This document shows, piece by piece, positions 8,830 through 18,609 of a DNA stretch of 64,000 nt. The stretch is from an uncultured delta proteobacterium (GTDB taxonomy: Bacteria; Desulfobacterota; Binatia; HRBIN30; BPIQ01), in contig CAVXGR010000013.1 in NCBI GenBank assembly GCA_963761335.1, positions 202,511 to 266,510 on the forward strand, given 5' to 3'. The stretch's first letter is position 1, and the number at the start of each line of letters is the position of its first letter. The translations under genes were made by a program, and so were the position numbers. Below the pieces are notes generated by a model. The model was given only the letters and a program-made list of their open reading frames with translations, searched no databases and had not been told where the DNA came from.

Positions 8830-11473
8830 ACTGCGCGGTGTACATGAATCGCCGGATCCGATTGTTCCCGGTGTCGGCGACAAAGGCTTCGCCTTCGCGG
8901 GAGACGGCGATGCCGCTGGGATTGTCGAGCTGCGCCTCGGTGGGCGCGATGCCGTCGCCGTTGAACCCGGCCACGCCGGTGCCGGCCACGGTGGTGACCG
9001 AGATGCCGAAGGGGTCGATGCGGCGGATGGCGTTGTTGCCGCTGTCCGCCACCCACACGGCGTGATCGAAGGTGGTGAACACGTCGGACGGATGGTTGAA
9101 CATGGCATCGGCCGGCGCCCCGTCGAGGTAGCCCTGCTCGCCGTTGCCGGCCAGGGTGCGAATGCGGTCGGTGAACAGCTTGATCTCGCGCACGACGTTG
9201 TTGCCGGTGTCGGCGACGTAGAGCTCGTCGGGAATGAACTCCGAGCTGAGGCCGATGCCGAAGTTGGGCACCAGGGGCGTATCCAGATCGGCGGTGAACA
9301 GGGCGTCGGCCGGGCGGCCGCCATCGCCGGAGTAGCCCGCCTCGCCGGTGCCCGCCAGGGTGCTGAGCACCCCGTCGATCTTCACCTGGCGGAGCCGCTG
9401 GCAGCCCTGCTCGCTGAAGATGCGTGTGCCGTTGGGGAGCACCGCCACGCTGCGCGGTGAGGAGATGTTGGCGAGCAGTGGATCGGCCGGATCATTGGTG
9501 CCGCAGCCCGGGCTGCCGGTGCCGGCCACCACCTCGCGGTCGCCGTTTGCCAGGTAGTGATAGACGTAGTGATCTCCCCAGCTGGCGACATAGAAGGTAC
9601 CGTCGCTGTCGAAGGCAACCCCGGTCGGGTACGGAAGTGCCCCCGGTCCCGAGGTCTCGCCGTTGCCGGCAATAGTGGTGATCACGCCGCTCACGGCGCT
9701 GATACTGCGAATGCGGTGGTTGCCGAAATCAACGATCACCAGCTCGCCGTGGGGGCCAACGGTGACGTCGAGCGGTTGATTCAGCTGGGCGCGCACCGCC
9801 GGGCCGCCGTCACCGCTGAAGCCGGCGATCCCGTTGCCGGCGATGGTGCTGATGCCGGCGCCGATCGGCGTCGGCGTCGGAGGTGTCGGCGTCGCCGGAG
9901 TGGGGCTCGACAGCGTCGGGGTGAGCGTCGGCGTGTGCGTCGGCGGCAGACTTCCGGTCACCGTCGGGGTCGGCGAATAAGTTGGAGTCGGGGTGACGTC
10001 GCTCAGGAACCCGGCGACCCGCCTCACGCGCTGGTTGAAGGTGTCGGCGATCCACATCGAGCCGTCGCCGGCGAACTTCAGGCCCGAGGGGCGGTTGAGC
10101 TTTGCTGCCGCCGCCGGCCCCTGATCGCCGGCGAAGCCGGAGACGCCGGTGCCGACCACGGTGGTGATCACGCCGTCGCCGTCGATGCGGCGGATGACGT
10201 TGTTGCCGGTGTCGGCGAGGTAGAGATTGCCGTCCGGTGCGAAGCGGAGATCGTAGGGGGCGTTCAGCTGAGCGCTCGACGCCGGACCGCCATCACCGCT
10301 GTAGCCGATGGTACCGGTGCCGGCATAGCTGGTGATGATACCGTCCTGGCCGACGCGGCGGATCTCGTGGTTGAGGGTGTCGCAGAAATAGAGGTTGCCG
10401 TCGCCGTCCAGCTGCAGCCGCGTCGGACTGTTCAGCTCCGCCGCCGTCGCCGGACCGCCGTCGCCGCTGAAGCCGCGCGTCCCGTTTCCGGCAACCGTGG
10501 TGATGATTCCGCTCGCGTTGACGTAGCGGATCACGTTGGCGTCGACGTCGGCGATGTAGAAGCCGCCCGACGGGTCGGGCAGCACGCCGAACGGCGAGCT
10601 GAGCTCGGCCTGCAGCGCCGGACCGCCATCGCCCGAGTAGCCGTAGTTGATCCCTCCGGCGATGGTGAAGACATGCTCGTCGGTGTTGACGCGGAAGACG
10701 ACCGGGACGTGGTTGCCGGCGACGTACAGCCTCCCCTGGGTGTCGAACTCGATGTCGCTGGCGTGGTGCAGGGGCGTGTCCTGTTCCAGGGCACCGTCCG
10801 TCGGAAAGTCCTCGAAGCCGACGCCCATGACCGTCTGCACCGTGCCGTCGTCGTTGATCCGCCGCACTCGGAGATTGTTCCAGTCGATGATCAGCGGCCG
10901 GCCCTGCGAGTCGAACTCCATCCCCAGGGGATAGTAGAAGGACGTCTGCAGTGCCGGTCGGCCGTCGCCGTCGAAGACCGACATGCCCGTACCGGCCACG
11001 GTGCAGATTACCCCTTGCCGATCGCAAGGGTCGACCGCCGTCGGCACGACCGTCGGTGTCGGCGTGTAGGTGATCACATCGCCCGGCGACATCGTTGCCG
11101 TGCTCGTCACCGTCGGCGTCGGGCTCGGGGAGGGGAGAGGAGTAAACGTGGCGGTGGTCGGCGTCGGGGTGGGAAACGTCCGCACCGGCGTCGCCGTGAT
11201 CGCCGCCGTCGCCGAGGCGGTCTCGCTCGCGGGCGGAGTGGCGGTGAGCGACGGGAGCGTCGCCGTGCTGCTGGGCGATGGAGTCGCCGAGCGGCTCGCC
11301 GCGGCGGTTGCGGTCGGAGACGGAGCGACGCCGGAGGTGGGCGACGGGGAGACGGCGACGGCGGCACTGCCGCCGCCGCCGGAACAACCCGCCATGACGG
11401 AAAAGAAAAAGGGAACGAGCGCCCGCCAGAACGCCGGGCGAAGCTGGGGGGCGCGACGCGGCGCGATCGACAT
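8828..11473 (-). CDS. NHL-repeat (teneurin-like) beta-propeller lipoprotein with Pro/Thr linkers
   Basis: Lipobox MAGC; many AG.G..GxSGDGGPA..A.L..P / YxADT.N..IR repeats; TPTPT linkers. Confidence 0.85.
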   Translation of the reverse strand: MSIAPRRAPQLRPAFWRALVPFFFSVMAGCSGGGGSAAVAVSPSPTSGVAPSPTATAAASRSATPSPSSTATLPSLTATPPASETASATAAITATPVRTFPTPTPTTATFTPLPSPSPTPTVTSTATMSPGDVITYTPTPTVVPTAVDPCDRQGVICTVAGTGMSVFDGDGRPALQTSFYYPLGMEFDSQGRPLIIDWNNLRVRRINDDGTVQTVMGVGFEDFPTDGALEQDTPLHHASDIEFDTQGRLYVAGNHVPVVFRVNTDEHVFTIAGGINYGYSGDGGPALQAELSSPFGVLPDPSGGFYIADVDANVIRYVNASGIITTVAGNGTRGFSGDGGPATAAELNSPTRLQLDGDGNLYFCDTLNHEIRRVGQDGIITSYAGTGTIGYSGDGGPASSAQLNAPYDLRFAPDGNLYLADTGNNVIRRIDGDGVITTVVGTGVSGFAGDQGPAAAAKLNRPSGLKFAGDGSMWIADTFNQRVRRVAGFLSDVTPTPTYSPTPTVTGSLPPTHTPTLTPTLSSPTPATPTPPTPTPIGAGISTIAGNGIAGFSGDGGPAVRAQLNQPLDVTVGPHGELVIVDFGNHRIRSISAVSGVITTIAGNGETSGPGALPYPTGVAFDSDGTFYVASWGDHYVYHYLANGDREVVAGTGSPGCGTNDPADPLLANISSPRSVAVLPNGTRIFSEQGCQRLRQVKIDGVLSTLAGTGEAGYSGDGGRPADALFTADLDTPLVPNFGIGLSSEFIPDELYVADTGNNVVREIKLFTDRIRTLAGNGEQGYLDGAPADAMFNHPSDVFTTFDHAVWVADSGNNAIRRIDPFGISVTTVAGTGVAGFNGDGIAPTEAQLDNPSGIAVSREGEAFVADTGNNRIRRFMYTAQ

Positions 11474-11475
11474 CT

Positions 11476-14400
11476 TCAGTTGTTCGGCGCTCCTTCCATG
11501 ATCCAGGTGCGCACCAGCTCGATCTGGGCCGGCGTCAGCGGATCGAGGCCATTGGGCATGCGCACGCCGTTGCGCGGCATGTCATTGCTGATCTTCTCGA
11601 TCAGATAGCTGGCATCGGGGTTGCCGGCCTGGATCGGGCATATTCCGTAGAAGCTGGCCTCGTCGCCGGGAGTGAAGCTGGAGGCGAAGCTGCTCAGATC
11701 GAAGCCCGACGAGTTCAAGCCGCCGCCGTGACAGCCGAGGGTGGTGCATCCCACCTGATCGAACAGCGGCGCGATGTCGTTCTGATAGCTGACGGTGGCG
11801 TTCGGATTGGACCCGCCCGGAGCGCACGGATCGGCGTCGACGATCTGCGTGCCGACCGTCTCCGAGCCGCCGTAGGCGAGAATGCCGTGCTTCAGGCCGG
11901 CGACCAGGTCGCCGCCCACGGCCCACAGGCCGCCCTCGGAATCACCCCAGGCGGCATGGAAGTCATAGAGCGTGTTCACCGGAGGATCCTGTAGCGTCCA
12001 TCCGCTGGAATCGCGGAAGGCCACCGAGCCCTCGTTGCCGGCGGCGATGGCAGTGCCGTCGGTGCGGACGAAGACGCCGTTCATCTGCGGCGTCCCTGCC
12101 GGGGCGCGATCGACGAACGAGGTGCCGTCGAGCTCGAGAATGGATCCGGTCAAGAAGCCGCCGGTCGAGATCACCTCGGTGGCATTGCCGGAGATGGTGA
12201 ACAGCGGCAGCTCGGCGGAGGAGTTGAGAACATTCCAGGACGTCCCGTCCCAATGGAGGATGATCCCCAGCCGCCCGGAGGCCCAGACGTCGTTCTGGTT
12301 GCGTCCCCACACCTTGAAGAGCGTCGGGATGCCCTCGGCACGCACCCCGGAGAGATCCTGCGCCGTCCACTCGGTGCCGTCGTAATGCCACACCACACCG
12401 CCCGTGCTGTCGTTCGCGGGATCGCCACCGACGGCCCACAGATCGCTGGCGCTGTCGCCCCAGATTCCGTACAGCAGCGGCGTCCCGGGTGTCGTCTGGC
12501 GCTCGAAGACGCGCGTGGCGGGATCGTAGCGGAGGATCATGCCGTTCTCGCCGGCCATGTAGAACGAGCCGTCGATGGGCGTGATGGTGATCCACCACAG
12601 GTTGCCGCTCTGTCCGGTCAGCAGCCGCTCCCAATTGATGCCGTTGTAGTGGAGCACCATCGGTCCGGTGCCGTCACCGGGATCGGCGCCGACGGCATAC
12701 ATGTCATGCGACGACTTCCCCGAGATCGACAGCAGCGCCGCCGGCAGCTCCTGGAGAACCAGACTGAGCGGCGGATTCTTCACCGTGTCGTTGACGGTGC
12801 ACATGTGGTCGCGCGCCAGGCATTCGGGAGCCACGTGGCAGCCGATGCAGGTCGCCTTGGTGTTGTAGAGAACCTGTCGCTCGGCGTTGAGATGCTGCCA
12901 GTGCCAGTCCCCGTCCTGCGGGTCGTAACCCGGGTCTTCCTTGCGCATGACGCGCCAGCCGATCAGGTCGGCATCGTTGTCGCAGCTCGGACCCGCGTAT
13001 TCCTCCTTGATGACGATGCTGCCCACGGGCAGCGGGTTGGCATCGTTCAAGTAGGGATCCGCGGCGATGGGATTCGCCAGCACGCGCACGCTGACGCCGC
13101 CGTGAGCGATGCTGAAGCGACAGTTGCGCACCTCGGTGAACGTCGCGCGGTAGTCGGCGGGGAAGATCGGCTCGGCGATGGTCTTGGTGTCGGTGAGCTT
13201 GACGCGCCGGATGCGGCTGTTGAACGTATCGGCGATGTAGAGATCGCCGTTCTGATCGAAGGCGACGCCGAATGGGCGGAGAAGCTGAGCGTCCTTTGCC
13301 ATGCCGCCGTCACCGCTGTAGCCGCCGACGCCGGTGCCGGCAATCGTGCTGATGATGCCGGTCTGCATGTCGATCATGCGTACGCGGTGATTGTCGGTGT
13401 CGGCGAAGTACAGGTTCCCGTCCGGGCCGACCTCGAGGTCCTCGGGATAGTAGATCTCGGCGTCCTTGGCGGGGCCGCCATCGCCGCTGAAGCCCCCCGT
13501 GCCGTCTCCGGCGATGGTGGTCACCACGCCTTCGGTGAAGTCGGCGTTGGAGAAATCGACGCGGCGGATGCGGTTGTTGTTGGAATCTGAGAAGTAGAGG
13601 GTGCCGTTGGCGTCGACGGCGATGCCGCCGCTCGGCTCGGGGTTGCCGCCGGCAGGGAAGTTCAACATCGTCTGCAGTGCCACGCCGTCGCCGTTGAAGC
13701 CCTGCACACCCGTGCCGACCACGGTCTGAATGATCGCCTGCTCGCGCTGGTTGGCGAAGTCGTAGAGAACGCGGATGCGCTGGTTGCGCTGGTCGATGAA
13801 GAAGAGGTTGCCGTGCGAGTCGAGCGCGCCGTGCGGCGGCTGGTTCACCAGAGCCTGCTTCGCCGGACCACCGTCGCCGCGGAAGCCGGCGCCGGCGCCG
13901 GCCATCACTCGCACCAGCCCGGTGTCGGGATAGTACATGCGGATCTTGTGGTTGTGCCATGCCATGAGCGCCAGGTCGCCGTTGGGAAGCTCCTGCACGT
14001 CGGTGGGGTGATTCAGGTTCACGGTGGTTCCCGGCGCGCCGGGGGCAGTCTGATCGCTCAGATCGTCGGGACCATCGCCGATGAAGTCGGTGCCGATCAC
14101 GGTCTTGAAGGTCTGATCCGGCATCAGCTGGCGGACCTTGTGATTGTTCCAGTCGACCACATAGGTGCGGCCGGAGGCGGCAAACTCGATATCGAACGGC
14201 CAGTACATCGCCGTCTGCAGCCGGTGCAGCCCGTCGCCGTTGAAGCCCTCCTCGCCGTCGCCGGCGAACGTGCAGATGCTGCCCACCTGGTCGGTGCAGG
14301 GGATCACGTCGACCTGGGTGGTGCCGCCGCCGGCGTTCGGATCGTAGTCCGAAGGAAGCGTCGGCGTGAGCCGGCGAATGCGCTGGTTGTGGGTATCGGC

Positions 14401-15813
14401 GATGTAGACGCTGCCGTCCGGACCGACGGCGACGCCGTAGGGCCGATCGAGCTTCGCCTGGTCGGCGGCACCGCCGTCGCCGCTGAAGCCGCGCTCCCCG
14501 GTGCCGGCGACCGTGTGGATGATGCCGTCCGGAGTCACACTGCGGATGACCTGGTTGAAGGTGTCGGCGATGTAGATCGTGCCATCCGGCGCCACGGCCA
14601 CGTCGCTCGGGCTGTTCAGCTGCGCCGCCGTCGCCGGCCCGCCGTCGCCGCTGTAGCCCTGCGTGCCGTTGCCGACGATGGTGCTGATGAAGCCGTTGAC
14701 GTCGAGCAGACGGATGACGTTGTTGCCGGTATCGGCGATGTAGATGCGGTTGTGGCTGTCGATGGCAATGCGCCCGACCGGGGGCGCGGCCTGTCCGACC
14801 GGAGAGTTCAGCTGCGCGTCCTCGCCGCGGCCGCCATCGCCGCTGTAGCCCTGCGTGCCGTTGCCGCAGATGGTGTGGATGACGCCGTTCGGCTCGAGCA
14901 GCCGGATACGGAAGTTGGCTTGGTCGGAGACGATGATGTCGCCGTTGGTGTCGACCACGACGGAGCTGGGCAGATCGAGAATGGCCGCGTTCCCCGGCCC
15001 TTCGTCGCCGCCGAAAGAGCGCCCGCCGGTGCCGATGAGGTTCTCCATGATACCGGTGGTGAGATCGATGCGCTTGACCTCGCTGTTGTGCCAGGCGGCG
15101 ATGATCATCCGGCCCTGGGCATCGAAAGTGATGCCGACCGGATGGTTGAACTGCGCCTCCAGCGCCAGCCCATCGTGGGCCGAGCCGAGCTCGCCGGTGC
15201 CGGCGATGGTCTCGACGACACCGTCCTTGATGCGGCGGATGCGGTGGTTGTTCCAGTCGGAGAAGTAGAGCAGGCCGTCGGGACCGATGGTCATGTCCTG
15301 CGGCAGGTAGAGAGCCGTCTTCTGCCCCGCCAGGCCGTCACCGTTGAGACCGGCGACGCCATTGCCGACGATCGTGGTGATGATGCGCGCGCTCCCCGCC
15401 GGCGTTTCCGCGGGCGTCTCGCTGCTGGTCGGCAGCGGCGAAGCGGTTTCCGTCGAGGCCGGTGTTTCGGTAGCCGTCGCCGTCGCGGTGGTCGTCGGTG
15501 TGGCACTCGTCGTCGGCGGATTCGCCGTGGTCGTCGCACTCGGTTCCGGCGCCGTGGCGGTAGCCTCCGGCGTCGCGGTATCGATGGGTGTCGAGGTCGC
15601 GGGAACTGGCGTCGCAGTCGCCGGCACCGCCGTCGCCGTATTCGAAGCTGTGCGCGTCGCGCTGGTTACCGGGGAGACGGTCGGCGTGGATGGCGCGACC
15701 GAGGTCGGCGTCGCCGTAGAGATGGGCACCGGGTTTTTCGCGTCGCATCCGGCGACGACGGCGCATAGAGCGACAGCCAGCAACAGCGCGAGACAGCGAC
15801 TTCCGAGTTGCAT
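11476..15813 (-). CDS. Large NHL-repeat lipoprotein with cytochrome P460-like domain, second propeller and C-terminal planctomycete-type cytochrome c domain
   Basis: GGAGGT SD before ATG 15813; lipobox VAGC; NHL repeats; FPADYR..GSIVIKEE..VMRK..GDWHW..CIGCH; C-terminal CTTLGCH...RMP...WIMEGA. Confidence 0.8.
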   Translation of the reverse strand: MQLGSRCLALLLAVALCAVVAGCDAKNPVPISTATPTSVAPSTPTVSPVTSATRTASNTATAVPATATPVPATSTPIDTATPEATATAPEPSATTTANPPTTSATPTTTATATATETPASTETASPLPTSSETPAETPAGSARIITTIVGNGVAGLNGDGLAGQKTALYLPQDMTIGPDGLLYFSDWNNHRIRRIKDGVVETIAGTGELGSAHDGLALEAQFNHPVGITFDAQGRMIIAAWHNSEVKRIDLTTGIMENLIGTGGRSFGGDEGPGNAAILDLPSSVVVDTNGDIIVSDQANFRIRLLEPNGVIHTICGNGTQGYSGDGGRGEDAQLNSPVGQAAPPVGRIAIDSHNRIYIADTGNNVIRLLDVNGFISTIVGNGTQGYSGDGGPATAAQLNSPSDVAVAPDGTIYIADTFNQVIRSVTPDGIIHTVAGTGERGFSGDGGAADQAKLDRPYGVAVGPDGSVYIADTHNQRIRRLTPTLPSDYDPNAGGGTTQVDVIPCTDQVGSICTFAGDGEEGFNGDGLHRLQTAMYWPFDIEFAASGRTYVVDWNNHKVRQLMPDQTFKTVIGTDFIGDGPDDLSDQTAPGAPGTTVNLNHPTDVQELPNGDLALMAWHNHKIRMYYPDTGLVRVMAGAGAGFRGDGGPAKQALVNQPPHGALDSHGNLFFIDQRNQRIRVLYDFANQREQAIIQTVVGTGVQGFNGDGVALQTMLNFPAGGNPEPSGGIAVDANGTLYFSDSNNNRIRRVDFSNADFTEGVVTTIAGDGTGGFSGDGGPAKDAEIYYPEDLEVGPDGNLYFADTDNHRVRMIDMQTGIISTIAGTGVGGYSGDGGMAKDAQLLRPFGVAFDQNGDLYIADTFNSRIRRVKLTDTKTIAEPIFPADYRATFTEVRNCRFSIAHGGVSVRVLANPIAADPYLNDANPLPVGSIVIKEEYAGPSCDNDADLIGWRVMRKEDPGYDPQDGDWHWQHLNAERQVLYNTKATCIGCHVAPECLARDHMCTVNDTVKNPPLSLVLQELPAALLSISGKSSHDMYAVGADPGDGTGPMVLHYNGINWERLLTGQSGNLWWITITPIDGSFYMAGENGMILRYDPATRVFERQTTPGTPLLYGIWGDSASDLWAVGGDPANDSTGGVVWHYDGTEWTAQDLSGVRAEGIPTLFKVWGRNQNDVWASGRLGIILHWDGTSWNVLNSSAELPLFTISGNATEVISTGGFLTGSILELDGTSFVDRAPAGTPQMNGVFVRTDGTAIAAGNEGSVAFRDSSGWTLQDPPVNTLYDFHAAWGDSEGGLWAVGGDLVAGLKHGILAYGGSETVGTQIVDADPCAPGGSNPNATVSYQNDIAPLFDQVGCTTLGCHGGGLNSSGFDLSSFASSFTPGDEASFYGICPIQAGNPDASYLIEKISNDMPRNGVRMPNGLDPLTPAQIELVRTWIMEGAPNN

Positions 15814-16054
15814 CTTCAAAACCTCCTGTGTTTCAGCTCCGTCGACTTGGGACGAAACGGTTGCTGAATGATACCCGGCGTCCGGCCAGAGAGGCCTCGG
15901 CAAGGCGACCGATCGCGGAGGCGGTCGCACGAGGCTCCGGCGGCGGAAGGTGAAGTTCCTGCACGATCGTGATGCGCTCAGGCCCGAATTAAGCTCAGAA
16001 CTCTACTGCCCGCGAGGGCGATTTGCAAGCTGTGAAGCAAAACCGGCGGCCGCA

Positions 16055-16732
16055 TTACGCCAACAAAGTGGCGACCAGGCCGGAGAGAACGATGCCGTCA
16101 AAGGTGCCGGCGCCACCGATGCTGGCGACGCCGGCGGCGATGCGGCGCACGTCGCCCATGTGCAGCAGATCGGCGCCGATGAGCGGGCCAAGCACTCCGG
16201 AGACGAAGGCGACGATGGGAGCTTCCGGCGGCAGAAAGGTCAGGCCGCAGAGGGCGGCGACCGCTGCCGGAACCAGCGCCGGCATGGCGATACCGACCCC
16301 GGGCACCGGTCGCGCCAGCCAGTAGCAAACCGCGATGTTGACCGCGGCTGCCGCGAGCACCGCAAACAGAGCCACACTGCCCGCCTCCGCCAGGCGCGCG
16401 ATCTCGTAGGCGGCGATCAGCGACGGGATGATGCAGCCGCCGACATTGACGGCGATCACCGTGTACGAGCGGCGCTGGACCCACTGCGGAACCATCCGCC
16501 CGATGCCGTACAGCGGAAACGGCGAGACGTCGATCAGCTGATCGCGCGGAATGCGCTTGACGGGGATGTTGATGGCCCCGCCGATGAGAATTCCGAACGC
16601 CGCCAGCATCGAGGCCTGCGGGCTGAGACCGAGCTTGGCCATGGCCGCCAGCACGACGTTCGCCAGGAGAAGCGGGAAGAAGAGAAGCAGGGCGAGGATT
16701 AAAATGAGGCCGAGACACCCGGGCGCCATCAT
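16055..16732 (-). CDS. DUF1614-type integral membrane protein
   Basis: INIPV, AVNVGGCIIP, ARPVPGVGI, LIGADLL and SIGGAGTFDGI motifs. Confidence 0.85.
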   Translation of the reverse strand: MMAPGCLGLILILALLLFFPLLLANVVLAAMAKLGLSPQASMLAAFGILIGGAINIPVKRIPRDQLIDVSPFPLYGIGRMVPQWVQRRSYTVIAVNVGGCIIPSLIAAYEIARLAEAGSVALFAVLAAAAVNIAVCYWLARPVPGVGIAMPALVPAAVAALCGLTFLPPEAPIVAFVSGVLGPLIGADLLHMGDVRRIAAGVASIGGAGTFDGIVLSGLVATLLA

Positions 16733-16770
16733 GCGCGCAGTTAATAGCAATCGGTCATACGCGACAAGAC

Positions 16771-16895
16771 GCGGTGCTGAGGTGTTGGTTGTTGGGTGTT
16801 GGGGAAAGACGAAGCGCCGGTCGTGGACTGTCCCCGACCCCACGACTCACTCGCCGCTCCCTAACCTCGAACACCTCAACACCCAACAACCCGCC
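16771..16895. repeat. Inverted arms of 7-8-bp GGTGTTGR units between divergent genes
   Basis: ggtgctgaggtgttggttgttgggtgttgggg ... cctcgaacacctcaacacccaacaacccgc. Confidence 0.7.
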
Positions 16896-16934
16896 CTCTT
16901 GAACTGCGCCGCGGCAGACCGCATCTATTTCGGC

Positions 16935-17867
16935 ATGGAGGCACGCTTCGATGCCATCGTTTTTGCCGGCGGCGGCTGTCGCTGTCTTTGGCAGGCGGGA
17001 TTCTGGGAGACCGCTTCGCCGGCGCTGGCGCCACTGCCGCAGTCGGTGGCGGCGGTCAGCGCCGGCGCCGCCATGGCCTGCATGGTGATCGGCGGCGCCA
17101 CCGCCGCCGGGGTTGCCGAGTTCAAGCGGCGCGTCTCCCTCAACCGCCGCAACGCCTACCCGTGGAACGTATTCCACGACGAGCCGGTCTTCCCCCATGC
17201 CCGCCTGTACCGCGAGGCGATGCTGGAGATCGCCGACGACAGATTCCTGGCGCGCCTGCACGCGGGCCCGGAGATCCGCATCGCCGTGGCCCGGCCGCCG
17301 CTGTGGCTCGGACACCGCACCGCCATGCTCGCCGCCTTCGCCGCCTATCAGGTGGAGAAGATGCGCGGCGATCCGGTCCACGCCACCGTGGCGCGGCGCC
17401 TGGGCTTTCTCGCCGAGTCGGTCTCCGTGCGCGACTGCCGCAGTCCCGCCGAGCTCGCCGACCTGATCCTGCACTCGTCGTGCACGCCGCCCTTCACGCC
17501 CTTCTTCCGCCGCGCGGGGCGTCCGGTCCTCGACGGCGGGCTGGTGGACAACGCCCCGATCGGTGCCGTCCCGCCGCAGGCCCGCTCTGTCCTCGTTCTC
17601 CTCACCCGGCCCTTCCCCGAGGCGCTCCTGCCAAAGGTTGCCGGCCGCACCTACGTCAAGCCCTCGGCCCCCATCCCCGTCTACAAATGGGATTACACCA
17701 GCCCCTCGGGGCTGCAGGCCGCCTTCGATCTCGGCCGCCGCGACGGCGAGAGCTTCGCCCGCGCCGCTCAGGCGGCGGCCCGGTCGCCGGATGAGTCGCG
17801 ATGGTCGCCGCCAGGCAGCTCGTCGACCGACACGCGCCGCCGCGCCACGCCATCGAAGGTGTCGTGA
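16935..17867 (+). CDS. Patatin-like phospholipase/acyl hydrolase
   Basis: AGGGCR oxyanion loop, AVSAG nucleophile elbow, DGG catalytic Asp. Confidence 0.85.
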   Translation: MEARFDAIVFAGGGCRCLWQAGFWETASPALAPLPQSVAAVSAGAAMACMVIGGATAAGVAEFKRRVSLNRRNAYPWNVFHDEPVFPHARLYREAMLEIADDRFLARLHAGPEIRIAVARPPLWLGHRTAMLAAFAAYQVEKMRGDPVHATVARRLGFLAESVSVRDCRSPAELADLILHSSCTPPFTPFFRRAGRPVLDGGLVDNAPIGAVPPQARSVLVLLTRPFPEALLPKVAGRTYVKPSAPIPVYKWDYTSPSGLQAAFDLGRRDGESFARAAQAAARSPDESRWSPPGSSSTDTRRRATPSKVS

Positions 17868-18607
17868 TAGGCTGGGTGGTTGGTGCCCATCAGCGTGTCC
17901 CAGTAGTTGAACCAGTTTCCGTAGTTACAGGCGACGTGGCGATGGTGCATGTTGTGGTGCGTCGAGGTGTTGATCCATCCGAAGACGGGATGCCGGGTGA
18001 AGCCGCGCGGGTAGAACTCGTAGCCGGCGTGCGCCAGGATGCCGATGCCGAACATGTAGAGACCGGCTGCGGCGAGCGCCAAGGGATGGATGGGAACGTA
18101 GACCAGGAAGAGAATGAAGTAGATGTTCCCCATGAAGGTCTCGCCCGGATGCTGCGCAAAGGCGGCAAAGGCGGTCGGATTCGAGACGCGGTGGTGGACC
18201 GAGTGCACGTGGCGGAAGAGCCAGGGAGTGTGCAGCCAGCGGTGCTGCCAATAGATCCAGGTGTCGTAGCCGGCGATGCACAGCAGCACGGAGAGGGCGA
18301 AGTACCACCAGCTGTGATCGGCGAGCCCGAAGTACATGCTCGTGTGGCCGTCGCGGATGAGCCGGTAGATCAGAACCGTCGCCAGCCCGGAGCAGGCGGT
18401 GTTGGCGATCGACCAGCGGATCTCGTAGCCGATCTGCCGATGCGGCGGGAATGCCGGCTGGATCCGATAGCCGAGCCATCTCTGCCTGAAGCCGACGTGG
18501 AAGACCCAGTAGAGCACCCCGGTCACGGTGAAGTAGCGCAGGAAGAAGCCGACGCAGTAGCCGATATAGCCGCGCAGGCTCGGGTCGAAGAGGCTGTTGG
18601 CGTCCAT
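17768..18607 (-). CDS. Sterol desaturase / fatty-acid hydroxylase family (ERG3-like), copy 1
   Basis: His boxes HRWLH, HSVHH, HNMHH plus NYG..F..WD...GT. Confidence 0.9.
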   Translation of the reverse strand: MDANSLFDPSLRGYIGYCVGFFLRYFTVTGVLYWVFHVGFRQRWLGYRIQPAFPPHRQIGYEIRWSIANTACSGLATVLIYRLIRDGHTSMYFGLADHSWWYFALSVLLCIAGYDTWIYWQHRWLHTPWLFRHVHSVHHRVSNPTAFAAFAQHPGETFMGNIYFILFLVYVPIHPLALAAAGLYMFGIGILAHAGYEFYPRGFTRHPVFGWINTSTHHNMHHRHVACNYGNWFNYWDTLMGTNHPAYHDTFDGVARRRVSVDELPGGDHRDSSGDRAAA

Positions 18608-18609
18608 AA

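Noticed and set aside
9557-15768. Long + strand ORFs (683, 445 and 651 aa) opposite the NHL genes
   Set aside because: Antisense shadows caused by high GC3; no motifs; fully overlap well-supported genes
17768-17867. 100-bp convergent overlap of the patatin and desaturase 3' ends as antisense regulation
   Set aside because: The overlapping patatin tail is low-complexity; such run-ons are common in GC-rich genomes
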